Shown: one piece after another, positions 39,058 through 48,828 of the stretch | How positions within the stretch are numbered: position 1 is the stretch's first letter | How the letters are laid out: each line of letters starts with the position of its first letter | NCBI GenBank assembly: GCA_031271345.1 | Contig: JAISVX010000003.1 | Span: 693,223 to 757,222, forward strand | From: Lactobacillaceae bacterium | Lineage (GTDB): Bacteria > Pseudomonadota > Alphaproteobacteria > RF32 > CAG-239 | DNA: 64,000 nt | Direction of reading: 5' to 3' | Made by a program: the position numbers and the translations under genes | The notes under the pieces: model-generated | Seen by the model: only the letters and a program-made list of their open reading frames with translations | Told to the model about the DNA's origin: nothing | Databases searched by the model: none

Positions 39058-40200
39058 ATGAGCTGTATATATTGGCAAAGATGCGGAGGATGTTCATATA
39101 GCCTTGACAATGAGGATGAATATAAAAAGGTCAAGACAAATAAATTTAAGCAATTGCTTCAAAACCTCAGCCAAGAGAATGTGCCTTTCGGCGAAACCGT
39201 GTTTATACCAGAAAACACCAGAAGAAGAGCAAGCTTCGTTTTTAAATACAGCAAGGGAAAGCTGGAGTTTGGTTTTAATGAAAAATCAAGCCGCGATATT
39301 ATATCAATAGAACAATGCGCGCTTCTAACTCCAAGGATAAATAAAAATATAGGGTTTATAAAAAATTTAATTAACGAAATATGCAAAACTCCCATCGTCG
39401 GAAAACTGAAAAAAGGAAAACCAGAAAACAACTCTATAGCCTCTGGCGACATACTTGTCTGCGATGCGGAAAACGGACTGGATATAGTAGTTGAAACCAT
39501 CGCCCCTTTCAGTCTTGAGCATAAATTGATAATCAGCGAATTTATCCAAAACAATTCGGACGTCATCCGCATTTCACACAGAAAAGACATAAATGACGAA
39601 GCGGAACCAATCGTTGAAAAAGTTAAACCTTATATAAGAATATCAGATATTGATGTTTTTATTTCCGCGGGAACATTTCTTCAGGCGTCAAAAGAAGGCG
39701 AAAAAGCTTTAATAGATTTGGTTGTCAAGTATGTCGGAAGCGATGAGGGAAATATCGCCGACCTGTTTTGCGGGATCGGAACTTTTTCATATCCGTTAAG
39801 TAAAAACAAAAACAACAAAATAACAAGTATGGACAGTTCCAAACCTCTTTTAGACGGCTTCAAAACATCCATTAACAAAAACATGATAACAAACATTCGG
39901 ATTATGCAGAAAAACCTGTTTAAATATCCGCTTGACGAAGAAGAGCTTAAAAGCTTCCACGCAATAGTTTTTGATCCTCCAAGAGCAGGCGCGGCGGCGC
40001 AAATGAAAAAAATAAAGGAAACCGGCGCGGATAAGCAGCCTGGGAAGATAATTGCCGTTTCATGCAACCCTCACAGTTTTATAAAAGACGCTAATATTCT
40101 TCTATCGGCAAATTATATGATTAAAGAAATCACACTGGTTGATCAATTTACTTATTCAAATCATTGCGAATTAGTTGCACAGTTTGTAAAAAAAAGTTAG
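39058..40200 (+). CDS. RNA (uracil-5)-methyltransferase, TrmA/RlmC/RlmD family
   Basis: N-terminal Cys cluster (CGGCS), SAM motif DLFCGIGTFSYPL, catalytic FDPPRAG and C-terminal nucleophile Cys region. Confidence 0.7.
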   Translation: MSCIYWQRCGGCSYSLDNEDEYKKVKTNKFKQLLQNLSQENVPFGETVFIPENTRRRASFVFKYSKGKLEFGFNEKSSRDIISIEQCALLTPRINKNIGFIKNLINEICKTPIVGKLKKGKPENNSIASGDILVCDAENGLDIVVETIAPFSLEHKLIISEFIQNNSDVIRISHRKDINDEAEPIVEKVKPYIRISDIDVFISAGTFLQASKEGEKALIDLVVKYVGSDEGNIADLFCGIGTFSYPLSKNKNNKITSMDSSKPLLDGFKTSINKNMITNIRIMQKNLFKYPLDEEELKSFHAIVFDPPRAGAAAQMKKIKETGADKQPGKIIAVSCNPHSFIKDANILLSANYMIKEITLVDQFTYSNHCELVAQFVKKS

Positions 40201-40236
40201 AAAGATATATATAAAAAATTTTCAGGAGTAATAATA

Positions 40237-40761
40237 ATGCTAAAAAAACTTACAATGACCTTCCTTGTTATTCTCATCTCGGCATGCGGCAGCTGGGGAG
40301 AACAAAGCGAAACTCAAAGGATATGTCCCAGCGTCCTAATCACCAGAAACGATGCTTATTTAGTACAAAAGGGATTAAATCACGAGGAGTTTAACATTGA
40401 GCTGATTGGTTATGAGGGTTATTGCTATTACGATACAAGAATAAGCCACGACAAAGCCGTTGTTACTCCAATATTCAAAATAAAAAGATTACGACCAAAT
40501 GACGAAACGGACATAATGTTCTCGTTCTATGCCGAAACTGTAAAAGGTCCGCCTGAGTATCTTGGCAAAAAAACCTATTTTGAAAAAGCCGAAATTCCTG
40601 TCGACATAATAGAAACTGAATATAGAGGACAACAGGCCGAAGTTAGAATCCCGCCTAACATGAGATATGAATTCGACATCAATCTCGGTCTAAACATTGC
40701 AAAAAAAGATAAAGAATATAACAAAAGAACCTTTGACGTTCCATTGGGTTATGAGGAGTAA
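40237..40761 (+). CDS. hypothetical lipoprotein
   Basis: Lipobox LISAC; no recognizable domain; 5 nt upstream of tkt. Confidence 0.45.
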   Translation: MLKKLTMTFLVILISACGSWGEQSETQRICPSVLITRNDAYLVQKGLNHEEFNIELIGYEGYCYYDTRISHDKAVVTPIFKIKRLRPNDETDIMFSFYAETVKGPPEYLGKKTYFEKAEIPVDIIETEYRGQQAEVRIPPNMRYEFDINLGLNIAKKDKEYNKRTFDVPLGYEE

Positions 40762-40766
40762 TCAAT

Positions 40767-42749
40767 ATGTCCGCAAGCAAAAACTCTAAAAAACACGACA
40801 ATATGGCTAACGCGATTCGTTTTCTTTCCGCCGACGCTATAGATAAGGCAAATTCCGGTCATCCCGGCATGCCGTTGGGAATGGCTGACGTTGCCGCGGT
40901 TTTGTTCGCCAAATTTATAAAACTCAGCCCGGAAAACCCAAAATGGTTTGACAGAGACAGATTTATCTTGTCCGCCGGACATGGCTCCACTTTGCTATAT
41001 TCTGTTTTATACCTGATGGGTTACAAAGACATATCTATCGAAGATGTCAAAAACTTCAGGCAGTTAAACGCAAAAACCGCTGGTCACCCGGAATACGGCT
41101 ACCTCCAGGGAATTGATATGACAACGGGTCCTTTAGGACAAGGCATTACTTCCGCTGTAGGCATGGCGATAGCCGAAAGACACGTAAACAGCAAGTATGG
41201 CGATAGTTTATGCGAACATTATACTTATGTTATTGCCGGCGACGGCTGCTTAATGGAAGGAATTTCAGAAGAAGCGATTTCTCTTGCCGGGCATCTTAAA
41301 CTAAACAAAATGATTGTGTTTTGGGATGACAACAACATAACCATCGACGGGAAAGTATGCTCCTCATGCTCGACTGACCAAATCGCAAGATTTAAGGCTA
41401 ATAACTGGAACACAATCTCAATAGACGGACAAAGCGAAAGCGAAATAACTGCGGCAATAGAAAAAGCGCAAAAATCAGACAAGCCGACATTAATCGCGTG
41501 CAGAACCACAATCGGGTTCGGCGCTCCAAACAAACAGGGAACCAGCAAAGCGCACGGTTCTCCTTTGGGCGCGGAAGAAACCGCCGCACTGCGCAAGAGC
41601 CTGGGTTGGAGTTATCCTGCCTTCGAGATTCCCCGGGACATTTTAAAAGACTGGAGAGAAGCGGGAAAAAAATCGGACAAAGAATATAAAAAGTGGGCGG
41701 AGGCCGCAAAAAAACAAGGCAAAGAGTTTTTAGATTTTATTGAAAACAAACTCTCTAAAAACTGGAATAAAGACTTGGAAAATCTAAAAAAGAACGCGAT
41801 AAAAGAACAGACTAAAGTTGCCACCCGCAAGGCATCTCAAATGTGCTTGGAAACCATTGTTCCAAATATTCCTCAGACGATTGGCGGTTCCGCTGATTTA
41901 TCGGCTTCAAACCTGACCACGGTAAAAGGAATGGAACCTCTAACCAAAAATAATTATGGCGGAAATGAGATTTTTTACGGTATCAGAGAACATGCCATGG
42001 CTGCGGTAATGAACGGTTTGGCGCTGCATGGCGGAGCAATCCCTTACGGCGGAACCTTCTTTGTTTTCTCCGATTATATGAGACCCGCAATGAGACTTGC
42101 CGCGTTAATGGGAATAAGGGTGGTTTACGTCTTAACGCACGATTCTATAGGCGTCGGCGAAGACGGACCGACACACCAGCCAATCGAACATCTTGCTTCA
42201 TACCGCGCAATGCCGAATATTTTGACCTTCCGCCCCTGCGACGTTGTTGAAACGGCGGAAGCGTGGCAGATTGCCCTTGAGACGGAGTGCGTTCCAAGTA
42301 TATTAGCCCTGACAAGGCAAAACCTGCCGATGATAAGGACATCTGCAAAAGAAAATCTTACTGCAAAAGGCGGATATATAATTTCAGATGTCGAAAAAGG
42401 CAAAAAAAGAAAAGCTACGATAATTGCCACTGGCTCGGAAGTATCTCTTGCAATTTTAGCCCAAAAGAAACTAAAAGAGGAAAAAATTGATGTTGCGGTA
42501 GTTTCCATGCCCTGCACGGAACTATTTGACAAACAGGACATCTCTTATCAGGAGGAAGTTTTGGGAACGGCTCCGAGAATTGCTGTTGAAGCCGGCTCTA
42601 AATATGGCTGGGAAAGATATGTCGGACTAAGCGGCGATATAATCGGAATGGATGGATTCGGAGCGTCTGGTCCCGCTGAAAAGTTGTTCGAATACTTCGG
42701 CATTACCGTGGATGAAATAATTGACAGCGTAAAAAACAGCAAAAAATAG
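40767..42749 (+). CDS. tkt: transketolase
   Basis: SGHPGMPLGMADVA ThDP motif, ~660 aa, C-terminal domain. Confidence 0.9.
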   Translation: MSASKNSKKHDNMANAIRFLSADAIDKANSGHPGMPLGMADVAAVLFAKFIKLSPENPKWFDRDRFILSAGHGSTLLYSVLYLMGYKDISIEDVKNFRQLNAKTAGHPEYGYLQGIDMTTGPLGQGITSAVGMAIAERHVNSKYGDSLCEHYTYVIAGDGCLMEGISEEAISLAGHLKLNKMIVFWDDNNITIDGKVCSSCSTDQIARFKANNWNTISIDGQSESEITAAIEKAQKSDKPTLIACRTTIGFGAPNKQGTSKAHGSPLGAEETAALRKSLGWSYPAFEIPRDILKDWREAGKKSDKEYKKWAEAAKKQGKEFLDFIENKLSKNWNKDLENLKKNAIKEQTKVATRKASQMCLETIVPNIPQTIGGSADLSASNLTTVKGMEPLTKNNYGGNEIFYGIREHAMAAVMNGLALHGGAIPYGGTFFVFSDYMRPAMRLAALMGIRVVYVLTHDSIGVGEDGPTHQPIEHLASYRAMPNILTFRPCDVVETAEAWQIALETECVPSILALTRQNLPMIRTSAKENLTAKGGYIISDVEKGKKRKATIIATGSEVSLAILAQKKLKEEKIDVAVVSMPCTELFDKQDISYQEEVLGTAPRIAVEAGSKYGWERYVGLSGDIIGMDGFGASGPAEKLFEYFGITVDEIIDSVKNSKK

Positions 42750-42768
42750 CGCTTTGCCTATTTTTTAG
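42744..42768 (+). terminator. weak rho-independent terminator after tkt
   Basis: AATAGC-gctttgc-(G)CTATT followed by TTTTTT. Confidence 0.35.
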
Positions 42769-42833
42769 TTTGATTTTTAACAATAAATAATATAAATTGT
42801 TTTCAGAATTCAAAACTTCTGGGGGTTAATTTT

Positions 42834-43430
42834 ATGAATAAAAAGATTTTAATGGCTTTAGCCGCTTTCTGTATGACTTTTAGCGTAGCAAATATTGCAA
42901 AAGCAGACTGTGACGGCATTTATTTGGGTGTGCGCGGTGGTATGTTTAAGCCAAAATTAGGTAAAGATGGTGCTTTGGCAGGCAATTTTGAAATCGGCAA
43001 AAGAACATGGAGCTTTGGCGGAGCTATCGGATACAGATACGAATATGTACGCGCGGAATTAGAGGTTATCTTACGCGGAGAACCAGAAGAAACCGTTATG
43101 ATTATGGGAACTCAAGCAAAAGAGAAATTTGAAGCGCAGTCCTATATGTTTAACGTTTTCTGGGATTTATCTCCATACACTATGTTCACTCCATACTTAA
43201 TGGCTGGTATCGGTATGTCGGAAATAAAAGTAGAGTCAAGACCTCAGGGCATGCCTATTCACGCTTTTGACGACAACAACTTCACATGGAGCTTAGGCGG
43301 CGGTTTATCCGCAAAAGTAACAAGCCGTTTCAATGTTGACGTCGGCTACCGTTATTTTGACTTTGACAAGCTTAATGAAACAGGCGTTAACGGATATGAA
43401 ATTTACGGCGGTTTACGTTACGTATTCTAA
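42834..43430 (+). CDS. small outer-membrane beta-barrel protein (OmpA-like/Omp25-like barrel family)
   Basis: Signal MNKKILMALAAFCMTFSVANIAKA, alternating amphipathic strands, C-terminal GGLRYVF aromatic terminus. Confidence 0.6.
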   Translation: MNKKILMALAAFCMTFSVANIAKADCDGIYLGVRGGMFKPKLGKDGALAGNFEIGKRTWSFGGAIGYRYEYVRAELEVILRGEPEETVMIMGTQAKEKFEAQSYMFNVFWDLSPYTMFTPYLMAGIGMSEIKVESRPQGMPIHAFDDNNFTWSLGGGLSAKVTSRFNVDVGYRYFDFDKLNETGVNGYEIYGGLRYVF

Positions 43431-43448
43431 GAAAAACTTTCAATGTTT

Positions 43449-43478
43449 AAAAAGCACTGCCAAAAGCGGTGCTTTTTC
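43449..43478 (+). terminator. rho-independent terminator after OMP gene
   Basis: AGCACTGC-caaaa-GCGGTGCT stem then TTTTT. Confidence 0.6.
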
Positions 43479-43562
43479 ATTTTAATAACTTCCTCTAATA
43501 ATTGATATTTAACAATCAATATGGTAGCCTGTTTAATATTAATTATAGCAGCGGCAGTCAAT

Positions 43563-44087
43563 ATGAACAACGGCAGAAAAACCAAAGATTTATATTCCAT
43601 ATCAAACATTATCACCCCTTTTGCAAAAAAGATTTTGGGCAAGAGAGGTTTTGTAGAGGTAGATATAATAATAAATTGGGACAAGATTGTCGGAGCAGAC
43701 CTCGCAAAATATACTTCGCCGCAGAAAATTGATTTCAAAAAAAACGAAAGAGGCAATGGAACCTTATATATTGAGACAATATCAGGGGCTTTTGCCCTAG
43801 AAGTTCAGCACAAAGAAAAAATAGTTATAGAAAAGATAAACGCCTATTTTGGCTACAATGCCATATCTAAACTAAGGATAATCCAGAATCCTAATATGGC
43901 TGAAGCTTCAATTGATGAGAAAGAGGATGAAAACCCTAAAAAAACCCTTGTAACAAGGGTGGAAGAAACTTATATTAATGAGATGGTAAAAGATTTAGAC
44001 AGTTCTAAATTAAAAGATGTTTTAACAAAGCTTGGAATTGAGGTTGCAAGCGCAAATAAAAAGAAAGAAAACGACAATGACTTTTGA
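43563..44087 (+). CDS. DUF721-family protein (DciA-like, putative replicative-helicase loader family)
   Basis: ...INWDKIVGADLAKYTSPQKIDFKKN...GTLYIETISGAFALEVQHKEKIVIEKINAYFG matches DUF721 pattern (W..IVG..LA.H..P....g.L.i......w...L......I..IN). Confidence 0.5.
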   Translation: MNNGRKTKDLYSISNIITPFAKKILGKRGFVEVDIIINWDKIVGADLAKYTSPQKIDFKKNERGNGTLYIETISGAFALEVQHKEKIVIEKINAYFGYNAISKLRIIQNPNMAEASIDEKEDENPKKTLVTRVEETYINEMVKDLDSSKLKDVLTKLGIEVASANKKKENDNDF

Positions 44088-44814
44088 AAATACTATAAAA
44101 ACAATAAGTTCAATTTGTGCAAGTGTGGTAATCTTTGTGCTGGCTCTTGGGATTTATTTATCCTCAAAAGGATTTATTATGGACCCGGAAGGAAATATTG
44201 TTTTTGTTAATGAAGCTGTTGCTCAAGATACAACGCAAGAAGACAAAAACATAGCCTCCGACTTAAACAATGTCAATATATCAGTTGATTATCTTAACAT
44301 CTTAGGAGATGAAAACGCTCCAGTAACAATGTACGAATATTCTTCTTTCGGCTGTTCTCACTGCGCGGACTTTCATTTATCCACATTGCCTAAACTGAAA
44401 AAAGAGTTTATTGACACAGGCAAGCTAAAACTTATTTTCGTTGATTTTCCTATTGATAAAAAATCTATGCAGGGTGCAATGCTTTCTCATTGTATTCCTG
44501 AAGACAGCTACTTTGAATTTTTAGATATTATATTCAAAAACCAAAGAGAATGGTCATTTTCTATGAGGACCGAAAAAATCTTCTCTACTTACGCGTCTGT
44601 TTTTGGAGTTAACGGAAGAGACGCTGAAAAGTGCATGAAAGATGACGACATTCAAAACAGAATTTTAGGCAACCGCCAGCAAGCTATCGAAGTATTTAAG
44701 GTACAAGGAACGCCTTCTTTTGTTCTTGCGAACAAAAACGGAAAAGAAGTAATTCACGGCGCGGTTTCTTTTGATGATTTCAAAAACGCAATAAATAAAA
44801 TGCTTGAACAGTAG
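44077..44814 (+). CDS. DsbA-like thiol:disulfide oxidoreductase (membrane-anchored)
   Basis: N-terminal TM then thioredoxin fold with CSHC active site (FGCSHCADFH) and cis-Pro region (GTPSFVL). Confidence 0.7.
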   Translation: MTFENTIKTISSICASVVIFVLALGIYLSSKGFIMDPEGNIVFVNEAVAQDTTQEDKNIASDLNNVNISVDYLNILGDENAPVTMYEYSSFGCSHCADFHLSTLPKLKKEFIDTGKLKLIFVDFPIDKKSMQGAMLSHCIPEDSYFEFLDIIFKNQREWSFSMRTEKIFSTYASVFGVNGRDAEKCMKDDDIQNRILGNRQQAIEVFKVQGTPSFVLANKNGKEVIHGAVSFDDFKNAINKMLEQ

Positions 44815-45136
44815 TTACAGCGAGAGATTTTTAATGAGCAAAACACCCGATGACATTAAAAATTTAGAAAAGAGAATTCATAAAGCGCAAGCAACGTATG
44901 GAAACAAAAAAGCTGATGAAACTTTTCTTTCTCTCTCAAACTCCGCAAGAAGAGGTTTAATAATTGTCATTGAATTTGTTTCGGGAGTAATTGTCGGCGG
45001 CGCCATAGGCTATACGTTGGATATGCTGTTTGGCACAAAACCTTTTCTACTGATAGCCTTATTATTCTTTGGCATGGCAGCCGGCTTTTTGAACATCTAC
45101 CGCTTTGTAAAAAACGAAGAAACTAAGGAGACATAA
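44804..45136 (+). CDS. atpI: ATP synthase protein I-like (AtpI/atp gene 1 family) small membrane protein
   Basis: Small two-TM protein (GLIIVIEFVSGVIVGGAIGYTLD...LLIALLFFGMAAGFLNIY) directly upstream of atpB; alternative start 44834. Confidence 0.5.
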   Translation: MNSSYSERFLMSKTPDDIKNLEKRIHKAQATYGNKKADETFLSLSNSARRGLIIVIEFVSGVIVGGAIGYTLDMLFGTKPFLLIALLFFGMAAGFLNIYRFVKNEETKET

Positions 45137-45137
45137 A

Positions 45138-45863
45138 TTGGCTAATCCAATGGATCAGTTCATAATTAAACCTTTAGTTCCTATAAAAATAGGAGGGTTT
45201 GACATATCATTTACAAACTCGTCCTTAGCTATGGTTCTTGCCGTGATTTTTTCAATAATTCTCTTATCCGTTTATTTCATCGGCAAGAGAAGCATTATAC
45301 CGTCCAAAACCCAGCTTATACCTGAAAGCATATACAGCCTTGTTCTTGGTATAATTAGAGAAAACGCGGGAGAAAAAGGGCTGAAATATTCGCCTTTTAT
45401 CTTCTCAATATTTTTATTTGTTGCTTTTGGCAACCTGTCTGGCTTACTGCCTTACAATTTTACTTTTACTTCGCATGTTGCCGCCGTGGGAACATTGGCT
45501 GTTTCCGCATTGTTGTTCAATATGTTCGTCGGAATAAAAAACAAAGGATTTGGATATTTCAGAATTTTTCTGCCTAAAGGAATCCCCTTGGCGCTAGCTC
45601 CATTGGTAGTGCCGATTGAGACCATATCGCTGTTATCAAAACCATTTAGCTTGACAGTCCGTCTTGTCGCGAACATGACTGTCGGTCATATTATGCTAAA
45701 GATAATAGCGGGTTTCGTTGTCGGGCTGGGCATAGCCGGCGTTGTGCCGTTGGTGTTCAGTTCGCTTGTCGTCGCATTTGAGGTGTTTATCGCGCTGATT
45801 CAAACATATATTTTTACTGTTTTAAGTACAATATATTTGAGTGATGCCATAAATGGTCACTAA
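45138..45863 (+). CDS. atpB: F0F1 ATP synthase subunit a
   Basis: Conserved LTVRLVANMTVGH (essential Arg) and overall a-subunit topology. Confidence 0.9.
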   Translation: MANPMDQFIIKPLVPIKIGGFDISFTNSSLAMVLAVIFSIILLSVYFIGKRSIIPSKTQLIPESIYSLVLGIIRENAGEKGLKYSPFIFSIFLFVAFGNLSGLLPYNFTFTSHVAAVGTLAVSALLFNMFVGIKNKGFGYFRIFLPKGIPLALAPLVVPIETISLLSKPFSLTVRLVANMTVGHIMLKIIAGFVVGLGIAGVVPLVFSSLVVAFEVFIALIQTYIFTVLSTIYLSDAINGH

Positions 45864-45881
45864 TGCATTATTAATTAAATT

Positions 45882-46118
45882 TTGAAAGGAAAAAAAATGG
45901 ATATGTTATATTTAAGTGCCGCTCTTTGCGCTATCAGCATGACTGTTGCGGCTTGGGGTGTTACAAAACTCTGGGTAACCATGATTACTACTGTCGGAAG
46001 AAACCCTGAAGTAAAGAAACACGTCGATGTATACGGCTGGGCAGGTTTCGCGGCGATTGAAGCGATTGCCCTTTATGCCCTTGTAATTGCTTTGGTTATG
46101 CTAACCGGCGGAAAATAG
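45882..46118 (+). CDS. atpE: F0F1 ATP synthase subunit c
   Basis: Hairpin proteolipid with GRNPE loop and conserved carboxylate helix (AIEAIALYALVIALVML); alternative start 45897. Confidence 0.85.
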   Translation: MKGKKMDMLYLSAALCAISMTVAAWGVTKLWVTMITTVGRNPEVKKHVDVYGWAGFAAIEAIALYALVIALVMLTGGK

Positions 46119-46166
46119 TCGTTTCAGGCTCCTTTATAAGCCACTAGAAAACTCCATGGAGATACT

Positions 46167-46649
46167 ATGCCTCAGCTAGACCCTGGTTCATTTGCTTCAC
46201 AAGTATTTTGGCTCTTGATTTGTTTTATCAGCCTTTATTTTATTGTGTCTACATTTTTTACTCCAAAAATGGACGGCATACTTAATAAAAGGCAGAAAAC
46301 AATAGACAGCCATATTGAAAAAGCAAAAAAGCATAAAGAAAAAGCCAATAAGCTCTTTGAGCAGTACGAAGACGCCTTGGATGAAGCGCACAACAAAGCT
46401 TCGGAAAGCTTTGAAAAAGCTCTTAAAGAGTTAAAAGCTTATATTGAAGATAAAAAAGTTTCTCTTCAAAGCGAATTGTACGACTACACAAAAAAAATGC
46501 AGGAATCTGTCCGCAAAGATAAGGAAAAAGCTCTCGGCGAAATAAATCTTACGGCAGTGGGTCTCGCAAATGAAATTGCGGCAAAAATCGGACTTCGCGG
46601 TTTGTCCGAAAAAAACCTCGAAAAAAACATAAAAGACAATAACAGCTAG
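46167..46649 (+). CDS. atpF2: F0F1 ATP synthase subunit b'
   Basis: MPQLDPGSFASQVFWLLI... N-terminal TM then long charged helix; paired with a second b subunit as in alphaproteobacteria. Confidence 0.75.
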   Translation: MPQLDPGSFASQVFWLLICFISLYFIVSTFFTPKMDGILNKRQKTIDSHIEKAKKHKEKANKLFEQYEDALDEAHNKASESFEKALKELKAYIEDKKVSLQSELYDYTKKMQESVRKDKEKALGEINLTAVGLANEIAAKIGLRGLSEKNLEKNIKDNNS

Positions 46650-46657
46650 GAAAATAA

Positions 46658-47224
46658 ATGGGAGAAAATGAAAATATTGAGCAAACAACGGCGTCTATAG
46701 AAACAGACAGCCATGCTCATAATTATGACCATTTCTACCAAGACCCCGCCTTTTGGGTCGGACTAAGCTTTGTTATTGTTGTTGTCTGTCTGGCAAAACC
46801 TCTTTATAAAATTGCTCAAACCCTATTGGACAAAAGAATAAAGGCAATAAAAGACACCTTAAAAGAAGCGAAGCAGCTTGAGCTGGATTCAAAAAGGCTT
46901 CTTCAGGAATATGAAGCAAAAATGGCAAATCTTGAGCAGGAAGTTAAGGACATATTGGATAAATCTAAAAAAGAAATCGACTTCATAAAAAGCAAAAACA
47001 TAAAAGACCTTGAGGACGAGCTAAAAAGAAAAAAGCAGGATAATGAATATTTCATCTCCAATCTAAAAAAGCAGGCGCAAAAAGAAATCACTGAGATAAT
47101 ATCCAAGAAAGTTATATCCGCAATCAAAAATACGGCTGCCGAGGACCTTGAAGACAAGGATTATGACAAACTAATTGACGCGGCAATAAAAAATGTTGAA
47201 AATTTAGGCAAAAAAGCTAAATAA
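46658..47224 (+). CDS. atpF: F0F1 ATP synthase subunit b
   Basis: TM (FWVGLSFVIVVVCLA) then long K/E-rich helix. Confidence 0.75.
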   Translation: MGENENIEQTTASIETDSHAHNYDHFYQDPAFWVGLSFVIVVVCLAKPLYKIAQTLLDKRIKAIKDTLKEAKQLELDSKRLLQEYEAKMANLEQEVKDILDKSKKEIDFIKSKNIKDLEDELKRKKQDNEYFISNLKKQAQKEITEIISKKVISAIKNTAAEDLEDKDYDKLIDAAIKNVENLGKKAK

Positions 47225-47821
47225 ATCTTTCGCTTTAAAATATTTAATCCCGGCTAAAAGAGAATAAACGTCATACAAAGCGTTATGCTCATCCAGCCCG
47301 AGCTGTTCAAGCTCTTTCGAAACTCCCAATAGTTTTGCTGTTCCGCCAGAGTTAATTTTTCCCGCATTAACAGCGTTCTCAGCATATCTTTTTTTAAACC
47401 ACTCCGCGATATTAGAATAACGAGGCGGATATTTATCTTCCATGCCGGCAAAACTTAAATTCTTTTCCATTATTTCCCCGTCAGCCAGACTTATTCTGCC
47501 ATAGTCCATATCATAAGCAAAACATGTCAAACCAGCGGAAAAATCTTTAAACTGCCAATAAGCCTGCTCAAAAGGAACGCCCTGTTCTTCTATCAGCTCG
47601 TTAGTCAAACCAGTTAAATTTATAAAATAATCCGACAATATCGGGTTTATTACAGGCGTTACATATACATTAAATTCTTCCAAAACTTTTAATGTTTTTG
47701 CGTCAACCTTTATCGCTGCGATTTGGACGATTTCTTCTTTCTGCCATTCTGCCCGCCCATTTTCCATACAGCCTTTCCACGATGTATATTCGGTATCAAA
47801 TATAACAAATTGTTCGGTCAT
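47204..47821 (-). CDS. DEDDh-family 3'-5' exonuclease
   Basis: Exo I FDTEYT, Exo II/III acidic and H residues (HNALYD); convergent 21-nt overlap with atpF. Confidence 0.6.
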   Translation of the reverse strand: MTEQFVIFDTEYTSWKGCMENGRAEWQKEEIVQIAAIKVDAKTLKVLEEFNVYVTPVINPILSDYFINLTGLTNELIEEQGVPFEQAYWQFKDFSAGLTCFAYDMDYGRISLADGEIMEKNLSFAGMEDKYPPRYSNIAEWFKKRYAENAVNAGKINSGGTAKLLGVSKELEQLGLDEHNALYDVYSLLAGIKYFKAKDLFSFFA

Positions 47822-47845
47822 TAATTTTCCCCTCAGAAAAAATTA

Positions 47846-48682
47846 TTAATTTTTTCTGAACTTATCAGTTTTATAAGTGCCTAAAATATGAACTTCTTCG
47901 GAAAAAAACTTTAGCTCTTCAATAGCGTTTTTATACGATTTTCTTGCGGGATGTGACTCAACTTCGACATAAAATTGGGCGGAAACAAACTTTCCATCCA
48001 AAAGGTAGCTTTCGATTTTGGTCATATTTATGCCGTTTGTCGCAAACCCTCCCAAAGCTTTATATAAAGCGGCTGGAATATTTCTGACCTTAAAGACCAG
48101 TGACGTTATAAAGCAGGAGCCGTCATCTTCAGGCAAAACGCCTTTTCGAGACATAATCAGAAATCTTGTTGTATTATTGCTCGCATTCTCAATATTGGAA
48201 GCCAGAATATTTAATCCATAAATCTCTCCGGCAAGCTTGGAAGCTATGGCGGCTTTATCTTTCGGTTTATCTTCTTTTATGCTTTCGCAAGACTTTGCCG
48301 TATCAATTCTGGCAACTGCTTTTATATTGTGTTTTTTCAAAAAATCCGAACATTGAGCCAAAGCCTGCGGATGAGAAACCGCATACCTAATATCTTCAAG
48401 CGCGGCGCCAGGATATGCCAAAAGCTGATGTTCCACTCTTAAAAAATGTTCGCCGACAATCGCAAGCCCCGAATTGGGAAGAAGAAAATGAACGTCCGCC
48501 ACGCGTCCGGCATTTGAGTTTTCTACAGGAATAACGGCATAATCGACAACATTTTTATTGACTAAATCCATAGCAGTTTCAAATGAATCGCAAGCGACAT
48601 ACTCCGCACCAGGGAAAGCCTCCTGCGATGAAATATGAGAATACGCCCCGGCAACGCCTTGATATGCGATTTTAAGTTTCAT
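47846..48682 (-). CDS. pheA: prephenate dehydratase (PDT + ACT domains)
   Basis: KIAYQGVAGAYSH..., TRF motif, C-terminal ACT; start set at MKLKIAYQG (48682) instead of track 48742. Confidence 0.8.
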   Translation of the reverse strand: MKLKIAYQGVAGAYSHISSQEAFPGAEYVACDSFETAMDLVNKNVVDYAVIPVENSNAGRVADVHFLLPNSGLAIVGEHFLRVEHQLLAYPGAALEDIRYAVSHPQALAQCSDFLKKHNIKAVARIDTAKSCESIKEDKPKDKAAIASKLAGEIYGLNILASNIENASNNTTRFLIMSRKGVLPEDDGSCFITSLVFKVRNIPAALYKALGGFATNGINMTKIESYLLDGKFVSAQFYVEVESHPARKSYKNAIEELKFFSEEVHILGTYKTDKFRKN

Positions 48683-48828
48683 AGTTTTATCCTCAAATAA
48701 TCGTAAATTTTGATACATGAGTCTAATAATAAGAAAAAACAAAGAATTTTACGAGGAAGTGTAGAAAAGTCTACATGACCGAGCAAAATATCTGAGGTTT
48801 CTGGATTAGCAGACCATAGAACGAAATT

